Shown: positions 27,928 through 38,153 of the stretch, in pieces
Numbering within the stretch: position 1 is the stretch's first letter
How the letters are laid out: the number at the start of each line of letters is the position of its first letter
NCBI GenBank assembly: GCA_963733765.1
Contig: CAVTEI010000003.1
Span: 501,453 to 565,452, forward strand
DNA: 64,000 bases
DNA from: an uncultured Acidimicrobiales bacterium
GTDB taxonomy: Bacteria; Actinomycetota; Acidimicrobiia; Acidimicrobiales; DATKAS01
Reading direction: 5' to 3'
Translations under genes and position numbers: made by a program
Notes under the pieces: model-generated
The model's database searches: none
What the model was told of the DNA's origin: nothing
The model's input: the letters and a program-made list of their open reading frames with translations, nothing else

Positions 27928-28371
27928 TCAGGTGTTGCCGGGCTCCGGGATGTCCGGCCCCGGGTCTCCACCGGTCGCCCGAATCGAGAGCCGCTCGAGG
28001 TAGTGGTCCCATCCCTTCGTGTGGTCACTCACCGCGTCCGCGGGAAGCCCGCTGTGCACGAGGCGCAGGCGCGTCTTGCTTCCCTCCGCCGCCAGCGTGA
28101 TCTCCACGCGCGTTGAGCCCGGCGTGATCGGGTTGCCCTCTTGCTCCCACCCGAACGTGTAGACGACCTTCTGCATCGGGACGACCTCGACGAACTCTCC
28201 CGCGGCCATGTGCCGGCCGGCGACGAGCACGCGATAGATGCCGCCCGGGCGAGGGTCGAGCTCGGCTTCGGTGCCGTCCCACTCGATGTGCTTCTCGGCC
28301 TGGGTGAGGTACGGCCAGATCGTTTCGGGGGTTGCGTCGATCATGATCTCGCGCACGAGCTCAGCCATCAT
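27928..28371 (-). CDS. SRPBCC/AHSA1-domain protein
   Basis: IDATPETIW, DPRPGG, YTFGW, TRLRLVHSGL, GWDHYLERL. Confidence 0.88.
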   Translation of the reverse strand: MMAELVREIMIDATPETIWPYLTQAEKHIEWDGTEAELDPRPGGIYRVLVAGRHMAAGEFVEVVPMQKVVYTFGWEQEGNPITPGSTRVEITLAAEGSKTRLRLVHSGLPADAVSDHTKGWDHYLERLSIRATGGDPGPDIPEPGNT

Positions 28372-28684
28372 CTGTCTCCTTCTCTCGTTGTGCGGTCTCA
28401 GCGACGTCTCGCAGTCGCTCGAGGCCCGTGGTCCAGTACTCGTCGAGGAACTTCCGGAGCTTCCTCATCTCGTCACGCTCGGCTCGGTAGAGCCGGCGCG
28501 TGCCATCGCGTCGTTCCGACACCAGGCCTGCCTCCTTGAGGACGCCGAGGTGCTGCGAGATCGCGGAGCGGGTGACCTCGCTGAAGTGCTCGGCGATCTC
28601 GGTGGCCTGTCGCTCCTGCGACCAGACCAGCCGCAGGATCTCGCGCCGCCGGGGTTCGGCGAGTGCTTTGAGCGCGGCGTCCAC
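28361..28684 (-). CDS. ArsR/SmtB-family regulator
   Basis: ALAEPRRREIL, SAISQHLGVLKEAGLV, G.RRLY. Confidence 0.9.
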   Translation of the reverse strand: MDAALKALAEPRRREILRLVWSQERQATEIAEHFSEVTRSAISQHLGVLKEAGLVSERRDGTRRLYRAERDEMRKLRKFLDEYWTTGLERLRDVAETAQREKETDDG

Positions 28685-28690
28685 CCATCT

Positions 28691-28719
28691 ATTTAAGCAT
28701 CGCCTTACGTAAGTGTCAA
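28691..28719 (-). promoter_or_regulatory. ArsR promoter/operator
   Basis: TTGACA on the minus strand (28714-28719), perfect palindrome CTTACGTAAG (28704-28713) and TAAG-N6-CTTA just before the start codon. Confidence 0.6.
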
Positions 28720-28750
28720 CTGAAATACTTGGCGGAAGCCAACATGACGC

Positions 28751-28784
28751 CCCGCTGATGCCCGCTGATGCCCGCTGATGCCCG
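28751..28784 (+). repeat. 10-bp tandem repeat (CCCGCTGATG)x3 plus partial copy
   Basis: Three exact copies followed by CCCG, between ArsR and the desaturase. Confidence 0.9.
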
Positions 28785-28910
28785 GCGGATCCCGGGCGGT
28801 ACTGTCACAGGACCGCGCCGGGTCACTCCGGCGCACTTCGTGCGGCTCTAGCCCTTGGTCGCGTGGTCCGTTCCGGCTCGGAACGGACGGAATCGTCACC
28901 AGGAGCGCTC

Positions 28911-29855
28911 ATGCCCACCGACCTTCTCCCGGCACCAAGCACGATCGCCGCGCTCCCCGAGCCTCCCCCGGGCGCTCCCGCGCCGGTCGGCGGGGCCGAA
29001 AAGTGCGTCACCGCCCTCATCGTGGCCGCGCCATTCGGCGCGTTGCTCTACGCCGTGGTCGCCCTCTGGGGACACGGGATCCACACCCGCGACGTGGTGC
29101 TCGCGGTTGTTCTCTTCTTTCTCGTCGGCCACGGCATCACGATCGGCTTTCATCGATTGCTCGCGCATCGTGCGTTCGTCGCCGTTCGTCCGCTCAAGCT
29201 CGCGCTCATCGGAGCGGGTTCGATGGCCTTCGAGGGCGGCCCCATCGGCTGGGTCGCGGACCATCGCCGCCATCACGTGTTCTCCGACGCCGACGGTGAT
29301 CCCCATTCACCGCACGGAGCTCGGCCCCCGTTGCGCGGGCTGTGGCACGCGCACGTCGGTTGGCTCTTCCACCACGAGCCGACCTCGTGGCCGCGACACG
29401 CGAGCGACCTCATGGCCGACCGCGATCTCGTCGTGATGAACGCGCTGTTCCCCGTGTGGTGCGTCGCCTCGCTCGCCATTCCGTTCGGGCTCGGTTGGAT
29501 CTTGGGCGGCAACGTCGGAGCCGCGCTCAGCGCGCTGCTGTGGGCCGGTGGTGTGCGCATCTTCCTCGTGCACCACGTGACGTGGAGCATCAACTCGTTG
29601 TGTCACGTGTACGGTCGCCGACCGTTCGTCACGACTGATCGCAGCACGAACGTCCCCGCTCTCGCGGTGTTCACGATGGGCGAGTCGTGGCACAACGGCC
29701 ATCACACGTTCCCGCGATCGGCGCGACACGGCCTGCTGCCACACGAGTGGGACACATCCGCTCGCGCGATTCGATGCTTCGAACAGCTCGGTTGGGCGAC
29801 CGATGTTCACTGGCCGACACAGGCCGCACTCGCACGACGCCGATCGTCAGGCTGA
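28911..29855 (+). CDS. Acyl-CoA (delta-9-type) fatty acid desaturase
   Basis: His boxes HRLLAH, HRRHH, HNGHH; DPHSP; AGGAG RBS. Confidence 0.92.
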   Translation: MPTDLLPAPSTIAALPEPPPGAPAPVGGAEKCVTALIVAAPFGALLYAVVALWGHGIHTRDVVLAVVLFFLVGHGITIGFHRLLAHRAFVAVRPLKLALIGAGSMAFEGGPIGWVADHRRHHVFSDADGDPHSPHGARPPLRGLWHAHVGWLFHHEPTSWPRHASDLMADRDLVVMNALFPVWCVASLAIPFGLGWILGGNVGAALSALLWAGGVRIFLVHHVTWSINSLCHVYGRRPFVTTDRSTNVPALAVFTMGESWHNGHHTFPRSARHGLLPHEWDTSARAIRCFEQLGWATDVHWPTQAALARRRSSG

Positions 29856-30801
29856 GCCGGCCTCGATCTGAGCGACGAGCGCCAGGATCTGCTCGACGAC
29901 CTGCTCGCTGCGCTCGAAGGGCAACATGTGTCCCGCGCCTTCGAATACCTCCATGCGAGCGCCGGGGATCAGCGCGACCGTCCGTCTCGAATCGGCGGGG
30001 GGGACGACCGCGTCGGCCGCTCCGACCAACACGAGAACGGGCACGTCGACTCGTGACAGCGCCCGAGTCAGATCGATCCCGAGCAGGCGACGGGCGAAGC
30101 CTCGACGGCGTTCGACGGGGCTGTCGATGCCGATCGTCAGCGCCGCGTTGACATGACTTCGTGTTGGCTCGGGCCCGAAGTTGGCGCGCGCCAGCACGAG
30201 CCCGTGACGAGGATGGCGTCCCAGCCGCTCGAGAAACCGCAAGTCGAGTGCGGTCACCTTCGCGCGGGTCACCGGCCGGTCCGCCGGCCCGCGTCCCGAG
30301 CTGTTGACCAGCACGATCGCGGCGACTCGTTCGGCGACGGTCTCGGGGGAGTCGATCGCGAGGCCGAGGGCGACGCCGCCCCCCATCGAATGGCCGACGA
30401 CGACCGTGTCGCGGAGGTCGAGCGCGTCCAGAACGGTGGCCGTGTCTCGGACGAGCCCCGAGAACCCGAACAGCGGTGGTACCGGAGACGACCGGCCGAA
30501 GCCCCGTTGGTCCATTGCGATCACACGGGCAGCCCGCGGCCGCCAACGGGCCGGCCATCAACGAGAACGTCCGCATCGACGCGCCGTGTCCATGGAGTAG
30601 CAGCACAGGGCGACCCGACCCACATTCTTCGACGTGGAGGTGTCCGCCATCGCCGGTGTCGACCACATGCGTCTGCGCACCGGGAAAGCGGAACTCGCGA
30701 TCAGCGTCGGGGTCGGGCCTGGCAGAGAGCTGGAGCAACACCCGGAGCTCGTAGAGGACCAAGCACCCGACCACGATCGCGGTGGCACACATCGGCACCA
30801 T
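29847..30801 (-). CDS. Membrane-anchored alpha/beta hydrolase (apparent frameshift near 30530)
   Basis: N-terminal TM and LLLHGHG in one frame; DQRGFGRS, GHSMGG, D..VP and GAGHM in the next. Confidence 0.8.
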
Positions 30802-30906
30802 CACGCGTCGTCGGTGCACCAAGCCATCCTCTGCGGCGTCCTCGGGAGCTGTCCGCTCGACGAGCCCGCACGCGGGCACCGACGCTATCGGCTAGCCATC
30901 AGGTAC

Positions 30907-31782
30907 ATGAGAATTGGTGTCGTCTTCCCCCAGACCGAGCTCGGCGGCGACGTTGGTGCCGTACGCGCCTACGCCGAAGCGGTCGACGGTCTCGGCTACG
31001 AGCATGTCCTGGCGTACGACCATGTGCTCGGCGCCGACCCGTCGGTGCACGAGAACTGGCGCGGGCCCTACGACCTGTCGACGACGTTCCACGAGCCGTT
31101 CGTGCTGTTCGGATTCCTCGCCGGCATCGTCCCGTCACTCGAGCTCGTCTCGGGCGTCATCATCCTCCCCCAGCGACAGACCGCCCTCGTGGCGAAGCAA
31201 GCGGCTGAGATCGACCTCCTCACCGGGGGTCAGTTCCGGCTCGGGGTCGGCGTGGGCTGGAACCACGTCGAGTACGAAGCGCTCGGCCAGCGCTTCGACC
31301 AGCGCGGCCGGCGCGAGTCGGAGCAGATCGAGCTCATGCGGCGACTCTGGACCGAGCCCTCAGTCACGTTCCGCGGCGAGTTCGACACGATCACGGGCGC
31401 TGGTCTCGCACCCATGCCGATCCAACGCCCGATCCCCGTGTGGCTCGGCGGTCGGTCCGACCCCACCTACCGACGCATCGGTCGCCTCGCCGAGGGATGG
31501 TTCCCACAGGTCCGGCCGGGAGAGGACCTCGACCACGCCCTCTCTGTGATCCGCGAGTCGGCCTCGGCCGCCGGACGAGACGCCTCGGCGATCGGCATGG
31601 AAGGACGCGCGAGCTGGAGCGACGACGACCCCGACAAGTTCGTCCGCCAGGTCGAGAGGTGGCGGGCCGTCGGGTCCACCCACCTCGGCATCGACACGAT
31701 GTATTCGGGCCAGGTGACCGTCGACGATCACATCGCCGCGCTCACGCGCGCCGCGGAGCTCGTCGGTGTCAGCTCACGCTGA
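30907..31782 (+). CDS. LLM-class F420-dependent oxidoreductase
   Basis: MRIGVVFPQTE, YDHVLG, FHEPF, LPQRQTALVAKQAAE, GVGWN..EYEALG. Confidence 0.88.
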   Translation: MRIGVVFPQTELGGDVGAVRAYAEAVDGLGYEHVLAYDHVLGADPSVHENWRGPYDLSTTFHEPFVLFGFLAGIVPSLELVSGVIILPQRQTALVAKQAAEIDLLTGGQFRLGVGVGWNHVEYEALGQRFDQRGRRESEQIELMRRLWTEPSVTFRGEFDTITGAGLAPMPIQRPIPVWLGGRSDPTYRRIGRLAEGWFPQVRPGEDLDHALSVIRESASAAGRDASAIGMEGRASWSDDDPDKFVRQVERWRAVGSTHLGIDTMYSGQVTVDDHIAALTRAAELVGVSSR

Positions 31783-31788
31783 CGCGAC

Positions 31789-32031
31789 TCACTGCTGGTA
31801 GCCCTCGACCATGCCTTCGGGCCGCACCTGTGCTCCCTCGGGATCCTCGCCTGCGTTCCGCCGCGCCCGACGCTGGCGCAGTAGGTCCCAACACTGGTCG
31901 AGCGCGACCTCGATCTCCTGAAGGCGCCGAAGCTCTTCGTCCGACGGTGCCGTGCCCGCGTGGGCACGTTCCAACGCGTGTTCGTCTTCGACAAGGGCGC
32001 TGATACGCCGCACGATCTCGGTCTCATCCAT
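31789..32031 (-). CDS. DUF2630-like small protein
   Basis: LDQCWDLLRQRRARR and VEGYQQ motifs. Confidence 0.8.
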   Translation of the reverse strand: MDETEIVRRISALVEDEHALERAHAGTAPSDEELRRLQEIEVALDQCWDLLRQRRARRNAGEDPEGAQVRPEGMVEGYQQ

Positions 32032-33007
32032 GGCGCGTCTCCTCAATGTCGGGGGCAATGTGCGACCGGCCGAGGACTGCGCCGTCGCGCAGCACCGACA
32101 CGGGTCCGTCCTCGCTCACCGCGATGACAGTGGCGGCCGGGTCGTCGCGGCTGTAGCGGCGACCGGACGTGTGACGAGTCCCGCCGAGCGCGTCGACGGT
32201 CTCCTCCGCGGTCGTGCTCGGGATGAGCCGCACGCCGAGGCGACGCAGGACACCGCGTTGATCGAAGATCGCCGCGCCGTCGACTTGCGAGAGCGAGTGG
32301 CGGAGCGCGGCGAGATGCGTCGGACGGCGGATGTCGAGCGGAGGCGGCGTCGGCAGACGGTCCTCGACGGGCGGGCCGCCATCCGCCTCCGGTCGGTACA
32401 CGAGGAGTGCCCCGATGCCCATCGATCCGAGGTCGTGGACCGCGAACTCGAGCATCGCCGTCAGCACATCGGGATCACCCTGCGCGCCGCCCGCCGTGAC
32501 TGCCGCGATCCAGGTGTCGACGGGAGGTTCGTAGTGCCAGCCGTAACCGTCCCAGCGCGCGACGCCGAACGGGCCCACGACCCGGACGGCCCCCCCGGGG
32601 TGGCGTTGCACGAGGGACGCTTCGAACGCGTCGGCCAAGACGACCAGATCGCGCTCCGATCCGGCCGGCCGATCGAAGATCACCCACTCGTTGTCATCGT
32701 CGACGCGGCGCAGCAGCCAGCTCGACAGCCCGTCGGCGAACCGACGGGCTGCGGGCAGAGGCTGATGATCGAGGGGCTTCCGGGTGATCTCGAGCCCACT
32801 CGTCTCTGACCAGTGGCTGGGATCAGCGAGCGGCTCGACGATCGTCCCGCTGCTCGGCACCCGGCGCTCGTGCACCGGAGGCCTCAGCGCGAGGTCGATC
32901 TCTTCGAGCAACAGGTCCCGGACTCGGCCCGACGTGTCCCAGCGGACACCACTCTCCTCGAGCTCCTCGGCGAGACGGCGGCGCCGCCTCGCCCCGGCGT
33001 CAGGCAT
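32024..33007 (-). CDS. DisA_N/diadenylate cyclase-domain protein
   Basis: C-terminal IGALLV...VDGAAIF...GGTRHTSG...AVSEDG; N-terminal region not recognised. Confidence 0.75.
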   Translation of the reverse strand: MPDAGARRRRRLAEELEESGVRWDTSGRVRDLLLEEIDLALRPPVHERRVPSSGTIVEPLADPSHWSETSGLEITRKPLDHQPLPAARRFADGLSSWLLRRVDDDNEWVIFDRPAGSERDLVVLADAFEASLVQRHPGGAVRVVGPFGVARWDGYGWHYEPPVDTWIAAVTAGGAQGDPDVLTAMLEFAVHDLGSMGIGALLVYRPEADGGPPVEDRLPTPPPLDIRRPTHLAALRHSLSQVDGAAIFDQRGVLRRLGVRLIPSTTAEETVDALGGTRHTSGRRYSRDDPAATVIAVSEDGPVSVLRDGAVLGRSHIAPDIEETRHG

Positions 33008-33060
33008 GGCCGGGACGCTATCCCCGAGATCGGGTGGCACCTACCGGGCGTCGCGCCGCT

Positions 33061-33630
33061 TCACTCGGCCGCGGGAGCGACGAACTGCACGTCGAGTTCG
33101 ATCTTGACGACGTCGGCAAGGGCGAGGCGGTCGCCGCCGAGCGGCAGGAGGCCGAAGTCGATACCGAACTCGCTGCGGCGCAGCTCGCCTTGCCCGCTGA
33201 AACCTGCGTGCAGCTCCTTGCCCATGTACTCCTCGACGCCGTGGAACTCGACCGGGAGCTCGAGCCGGCGGGTGATCCCGTTGAGCGTGAGGTCGCCCGC
33301 CATCACGTAGCCGTCATCAAACGGAGTGACCGACGTGCTCACGAACTGCATCTGCGGATTTGTCTCCACGTCGAAGAAGTCGGTGGAGCGGAGATGGGCG
33401 TCGCGGTCGGGGTGGTTGGTGTCGACCGAGCTCAGATCGACGGTGGCCGTCACCCGGATGTCGCTGGGATTGGGGCCGACCTCGAGGGTGGCGTCGAAGC
33501 GGTCGAAGCGGCCGCGCACCTTGGAGATCCCGAGGTGGCGGATCGAGAAGGTCACGGCGGAGTGGCTGGGGTCCAGCGTCCACGTGCCGGTCGTCAGGGC
33601 TGGGCGGTCAATCGTGCTGGGGGTAGTCAT
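33061..33630 (-). CDS. Canonical YceI-family protein
   Basis: WTLDPSHS.V.F.IRHLG.SKVRGRF, RDAHLRS.DFF, GDLTLNGIT. Confidence 0.93.
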   Translation of the reverse strand: MTTPSTIDRPALTTGTWTLDPSHSAVTFSIRHLGISKVRGRFDRFDATLEVGPNPSDIRVTATVDLSSVDTNHPDRDAHLRSTDFFDVETNPQMQFVSTSVTPFDDGYVMAGDLTLNGITRRLELPVEFHGVEEYMGKELHAGFSGQGELRRSEFGIDFGLLPLGGDRLALADVVKIELDVQFVAPAAE

Positions 33631-33643
33631 CGTTCCTCCTAGT

Positions 33644-33670
33644 AACTGAGTTCATAAACAGAAGTCAGTT
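33644..33670. promoter_or_regulatory. Inverted repeat AACTGA-N15-TCAGTT, candidate HxlR operator
   Basis: In the AT-rich divergent gap between yceI and the HxlR gene. Confidence 0.45.
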
Positions 33671-33712
33671 CTCTCTTGTTCCTGACCCCATCATCTGTCA
33701 CTATTGAGATCG

Positions 33713-34174
33713 ATGGAAGACGGCACTTCTGCGTCACCGAGTCACACCGAGGGAACCCGCGAGGGAACCAACGACTGGTGGGAGCGAGCGCGTCTCTCGG
33801 GCGCGTGTCAGACCCGGGGAACCCTCGACCTGATCGGTGACAAGTGGTCGTTGCTCGTCATCGGGCTGCTCGGGCAAGGCCGGCGCCGGTTCAGCGAGCT
33901 CAAGCGCGAGATCGAGGACATCAGCCAGCGCATGCTGACCCTCACGCTCCGCCACCTCGAACGGGAGGGGCTCGTCGAACGGACCGTCTTCCCTGTCGTC
34001 CCGCCGAGGGTCGACTACGAGCTGACGGATCTGGGACGCACACTTCTCGAGACGGTGCAATCCCTCATCGACTGGGCGATCGCGAACAACGAGCGCATCG
34101 TCGCTGCCCGGGCGCGGTACGACGCCGAGCACGCGGCACCGGGCGACTCACCGGCGGCGCAACGATCGGCCTGA
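33713..34174 (+). CDS. HxlR-family transcriptional regulator
   Basis: C.....LDLIGDKWSLLVI, RFSEL, ISQRMLTLTLR.LER.GLV, PPRVDYELT. Confidence 0.92.
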   Translation: MEDGTSASPSHTEGTREGTNDWWERARLSGACQTRGTLDLIGDKWSLLVIGLLGQGRRRFSELKREIEDISQRMLTLTLRHLEREGLVERTVFPVVPPRVDYELTDLGRTLLETVQSLIDWAIANNERIVAARARYDAEHAAPGDSPAAQRSA

Positions 34175-34188
34175 GTCCGGCCCCCTGA

Positions 34189-34599
34189 TCAGTCCGCGCT
34201 GACGGCGTTCGGGCGCGCGATCTCGTAGGTCCGCACCGACTTCACGTCCGCGAGCACGCGGTCGATCGTCAGGTCTTCGAGGCAGCCGACGAGCTTGAGC
34301 TCGCCGTGGCGGCCGAGCGCGGGCCGGAGACGCACGCGGTAACGATCTCCACCGAGCGACTCGAGGCCGCTGTTGCCATCGACGACCCTCGACGAGGTCT
34401 GCGCGGCGCACACCGCCCACAAGGCGTCGGCCGCCGCATCTTGACCGGGGCCGAACCGGTCCTCGTTGACAGCGACAACGAGCTCGGTGACCGAACCCTC
34501 TCGAACCGGATCAGGGCGGCTCTGCGTGAGATCGCTCAGCTCGCCGATCGCGACCACCGCGACGACGATCACCGCCACGACGATCGCCAAGCGCTTCAT
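34189..34599 (-). CDS. Hypothetical membrane-anchored/exported protein
   Basis: MKRLAIVVAVIVVAVVAIG N-terminal TM; two Cys (LWAVC, LVGCLED); coupled to the upstream gene. Confidence 0.6.
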   Translation of the reverse strand: MKRLAIVVAVIVVAVVAIGELSDLTQSRPDPVREGSVTELVVAVNEDRFGPGQDAAADALWAVCAAQTSSRVVDGNSGLESLGGDRYRVRLRPALGRHGELKLVGCLEDLTIDRVLADVKSVRTYEIARPNAVSAD

Positions 34600-35090
34600 C
34601 GCGGTCGGTACGGGTCCACCGGTGCCTCGCCGAGGAGGCCGCCGGGCAGGGGATGGAGGGAGGACAGCTGGCGAGCCAGGCGCTTGTCCAATCCGGGACC
34701 GGCCGTGGCCCGCGCGATGCGGTCGACCATCCACGCGAGCGCCGACAGCACGGCGCCGGCGCCGAGCAGCACCGGGATGAAGACGTTGGTGTGGGTGCCG
34801 TCCATCCACGCAAAGGGGTTCGCGGGCTCGGACGGATGAGCGCGGAGCTGGCGCAGCACGCGCTCCTCCGTCGCCGCGTCGCGGCGGTCGAGCTCGTCCA
34901 TGCGATGCCCGAGCTTCGACAATCGGTCGACAAGCGCAGCACCGAGCAAGCCGATCTCCGCCGCAAGGAAGATGATCCCGGCGACGATCGCGCGGTTCCA
35001 CTCCCAGCGGTACAGGTACACGAAGACGTACCAACCCGATACGGCCATCACCACGCCGGCGAGTGCCACGCCCACCTTTCGCCCGTTCAT
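34596..35090 (-). CDS. Hypothetical membrane protein (about 3 TM)
   Basis: YVFVYLYRWEWNRA and VFIPVLLGAG segments; ATGA coupling on both sides. Confidence 0.65.
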   Translation of the reverse strand: MNGRKVGVALAGVVMAVSGWYVFVYLYRWEWNRAIVAGIIFLAAEIGLLGAALVDRLSKLGHRMDELDRRDAATEERVLRQLRAHPSEPANPFAWMDGTHTNVFIPVLLGAGAVLSALAWMVDRIARATAGPGLDKRLARQLSSLHPLPGGLLGEAPVDPYRPR

Positions 35091-37116
35091 GCCGCACCCC
35101 ACTCTCCGTCGGTCAGACCCGACACCTCACCCGTCGTACCGTCGACCACCACCCAAGCTCCGGTGCTGAAACGTCTCGGTTGCGTTCGCGAGCCCGACGA
35201 CCGTTGGCACTCCGTACTCGCGGGCGAGGATCGCCAGGTGCGACAGCACGCTGCCGGTCTCCGAGACCAAGCCAGCGAGACCGGGAAGAACCGCGGCGAG
35301 GCCGGGGTCGAGCGTGCGGACCACGAGCACGGCGCCTGGCGCCGGAGCGATGTCGGTGTCCAAGTGGACCGGACCGGCACCGCGCCCACCGCCGGCACCT
35401 TTTCCGGCTTCGTCGTCGCGCTGTTGACGAACGGGAACGACGATGCCGTCGTCGGTCAGGCGGAATGCCGCGGGCAGCGGCGGCCCCGCGCTCGACGCCG
35501 CGTCGTAGGTCGAGGGCGACCGTGCCCGGCGAGTCGAGCACCGCCGCCAGCTCGTCGAGGCGCAGGTTGACGACGTCGCTCGGTGATTCCAACACGCCGC
35601 GATCGACGAGCACACGACCGAACGCCAGCGCCGCCCGAGATGTGAGCTCTTGTACCCATCGCACGCGCAGTCGCAACGACTCTCGCACCGGCACGTCATC
35701 TGCCTCGGTGTCGTTGGTTGCCGGCAACGAGGCAGGAGGCGCCGGGAGCTCGAGGACGGTGCCGATGCGGGGCGGCAGGAGGCTGAGCAGCACGGGATAG
35801 CGCGCAACGAGGACCTCGTCGTCGAGGTCGTTGTCGTTCTGGGCGAGGATGCGGAGCGCCGCCGACGCGGCGGTCGGGCGATCCGTGGCTTCGACGAGAA
35901 GCAGCCCCGCGAGCGCCTCGTGACCGTGCAAGGACGCAAGGGTCTTGTGGGAGCGACGCAACAGCCGCAGCAGATCCGCTGCGGGCAGGGTCCGCAGGTC
36001 TGGCAGCGACCTGAGGTCGCGGTCGACCTCCGCGATCAGATCGTCGGCCAGCGCGGGAAGCGCGACCTTGAGCCGGCCGACTCGCCATGCCGCCTTCAGC
36101 CGGCGCGCGGGTGGGCGGGGATCGAGCTTGGCGAGCACCGAACGGCGCCGCCGCGTGAGCCCGAGCAAGCCCAGATCGGCCGCGACCCATCCTCCGACGG
36201 TCACGACCACGGGGGAGCTCCGGAGGGGGCGTGCCGGCGTGGCGCCCGCGATCGTGAGTGCCTCACGGAGACCGTCGCGCAGCGGCGCGACCCAAAGGTC
36301 CTCCTCGAGCGGACGAAGCGCAAGACCGAACGTCTCGGCGACGGGACCCGGGCCGAAGACCGGCCCCGTTGCGTCGGCTTCGTCGCCCAGCGCGGTGATC
36401 GGCCGGCTCTGCAGGAGGACGAGCGATCCGTTCGCTTCGATGGCCCACTCGATGTCTTGCGGAGCGCCGAACGTGAGCCGCGCCTGGCTCGCGAGGCGAG
36501 CGAGCGGACGACGCATGCGGCGGCTCCGCAACGCGGCTGGCGCGTCAGCACTGGCGTCGCGCAGACGGCCGCGAGGCGACAGGGTGAGCTGGGCGCCGTC
36601 GACGTGACCGCTCACCAAGCGGTCAGGACCGCCGGGCACCGCGGCGACCACGAGTCGGTCCGTGCGTCCGGTGACGGGGTCGGCGCCGAACAGCACGCCA
36701 CCCCATGCCGGCTGCAAGAAGGGTTGCACGAGCACTGCCATCGGAGCGTTGTGTCCGGAGCGCGCGACTTCCTGCACGGCGTCGAGGAACGACGGCCACC
36801 CCTGCACGTCGAGGATCGAGGTGAACATCCCCGCCATCGATTGGGACGCGCCATCCTCCTGCGGCGACGACGATCGCACCACCAGCGAGATCCGGCCATC
36901 GTCGGAGAGGTGACGCCATGCTTCATGGACGGCGAACGCGTCGGCGCCCCGAGCGCTTCGCTCGGCGAGCACCCGGGCGCCCTCGACGGTGATGACGAAG
37001 CCGGGAAGGGCGGGCAGACTCGCCGCCCGTGCCCGAGCGAGAGATGCGGCCTTGGCGCCGGCCACGTCGGGGTTCTGGGCCCGGTCGTCGTCGAGGTCGA
37101 GGACCGACGTCAGCAC
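35087..37116 (-). CDS. PEP synthase/rifampin phosphotransferase-like protein (ATP-grasp + phospho-His swivel); two apparent frameshifts near 35500 and 35170; start uncertain
   Basis: GAKAASL, VVRSSS..EDG...SMAG.F.S, QDIEWA, LQSRPIT; C-terminal ETGSVLSHLAILAREYGVP and VDGTTGEV in shifted frames. Confidence 0.8.
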
Positions 37117-37340
37117 CGAGGCCCGCGCGGGAGTGGTGTGGACCCACGCTCGGCCATACCGCACACCTTGAGGCTCGGACAACACAGCTCGCCCCCTACG
37201 TCTCTCTCTGTTTCCCTCCAAGTCCCGGCGACGGCGATTCGTCAGCGAGGTGGCAATTGCAACGTGAATTTTGGGCTACGTCATCCCAAATAGGGGGGTG
37301 CGTTCCGTCACAGACGCTCGGTGCGTAACATCACACAGCG

Positions 37341-38153
37341 ATGCCGTCGCCTCCCCCCGCTCCCTCGGCAGCGCCTCCGGCAGGGCTCCCGACCGCATCA
37401 CAGAACGTCTCAGTGTTGCCCGTGGTCCCCCATGCCCGGCGGTGCCTGCACTGCGATCCTCCCCTCACCCCCGCGGGCTTCTTTGCCAGGCGCCAACCGG
37501 CGCTGGTCGGTCTCGGGGCGGTGTTCCTTCTCATGGCGGTGGCCGCACTGGTCAGCGGTGGCGCGGTGCTCCTGACGTGGGACGAACCCATTCAGCGGGC
37601 TGTCGAAGCGAGCCGCACGTCTCTGTTCGATGGCATCTTCAGCCGCGTCTCGTTCCTGGGCTCGACCGTGTTCGTCCTCACCTTCGGTTGCGTGCTCGCC
37701 GCGGTCGCGTGGCGGCGATGCCGCACGGTCGGCGTGGCGGTGATCCTCGCGATGCTGAGCCGGCCGCTGCTCGAGTTCACCCTGAAGGCCATCGTCGGTC
37801 GCGACCGTCCGGATCTCGAGCGCATGGTCGACGGCACCGGTCCCTCGTTCCCGAGCGGGCACGTGATGGCGGCGGTCGCAGTGTGGGGGTTGTTGCCGCT
37901 CGTGGTCTCGCTCTACACGAGCAACCGTCGAGTGTGGTGGAGCACGACGGTGGGGTCAGCCGCCTTGATCGTCGCGATCGGCGCGAGCCGCATCTACCTC
38001 GGTGTGCACTGGTTCTCCGACGTGATCGGCGGGCTCATCGTCGGCGCGTTCTTCCTCCTCGGCACGGAATGGGTGCTCACGCGCCAACATCGCCGCGACC
38101 CCTGCGTGCGGGGTTGCGCGTGCGTGCACACTGAGGAACCCGCCAGGCTCTAG
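37341..38153 (+). CDS. PAP2-family membrane phosphatase
   Basis: K....R.RP, SFPSGH, SRIYLGVHWFSDV. Confidence 0.9.
   Translation: MPSPPPAPSAAPPAGLPTASQNVSVLPVVPHARRCLHCDPPLTPAGFFARRQPALVGLGAVFLLMAVAALVSGGAVLLTWDEPIQRAVEASRTSLFDGIFSRVSFLGSTVFVLTFGCVLAAVAWRRCRTVGVAVILAMLSRPLLEFTLKAIVGRDRPDLERMVDGTGPSFPSGHVMAAVAVWGLLPLVVSLYTSNRRVWWSTTVGSAALIVAIGASRIYLGVHWFSDVIGGLIVGAFFLLGTEWVLTRQHRRDPCVRGCACVHTEEPARL

Noticed and set aside
28751-28784. Tandem repeat as a mini-CRISPR
   Set aside because: 10-bp units are directly adjacent with no spacers.
33061-34174. Third YceI as part of the hydrogenase YceI system
   Set aside because: It is a canonical YceI with its own divergent HxlR regulator, lacks the SGNSL/LMLR signature, and I saw no hydrogenase motif upstream.
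35087-37221. Calling this rifampin phosphotransferase (rph) or ppsA
   Set aside because: Domain order is RPH-like, but the middle domain is short and unrecognised, and there is no C-terminal pyruvate-binding barrel as in PpsA.
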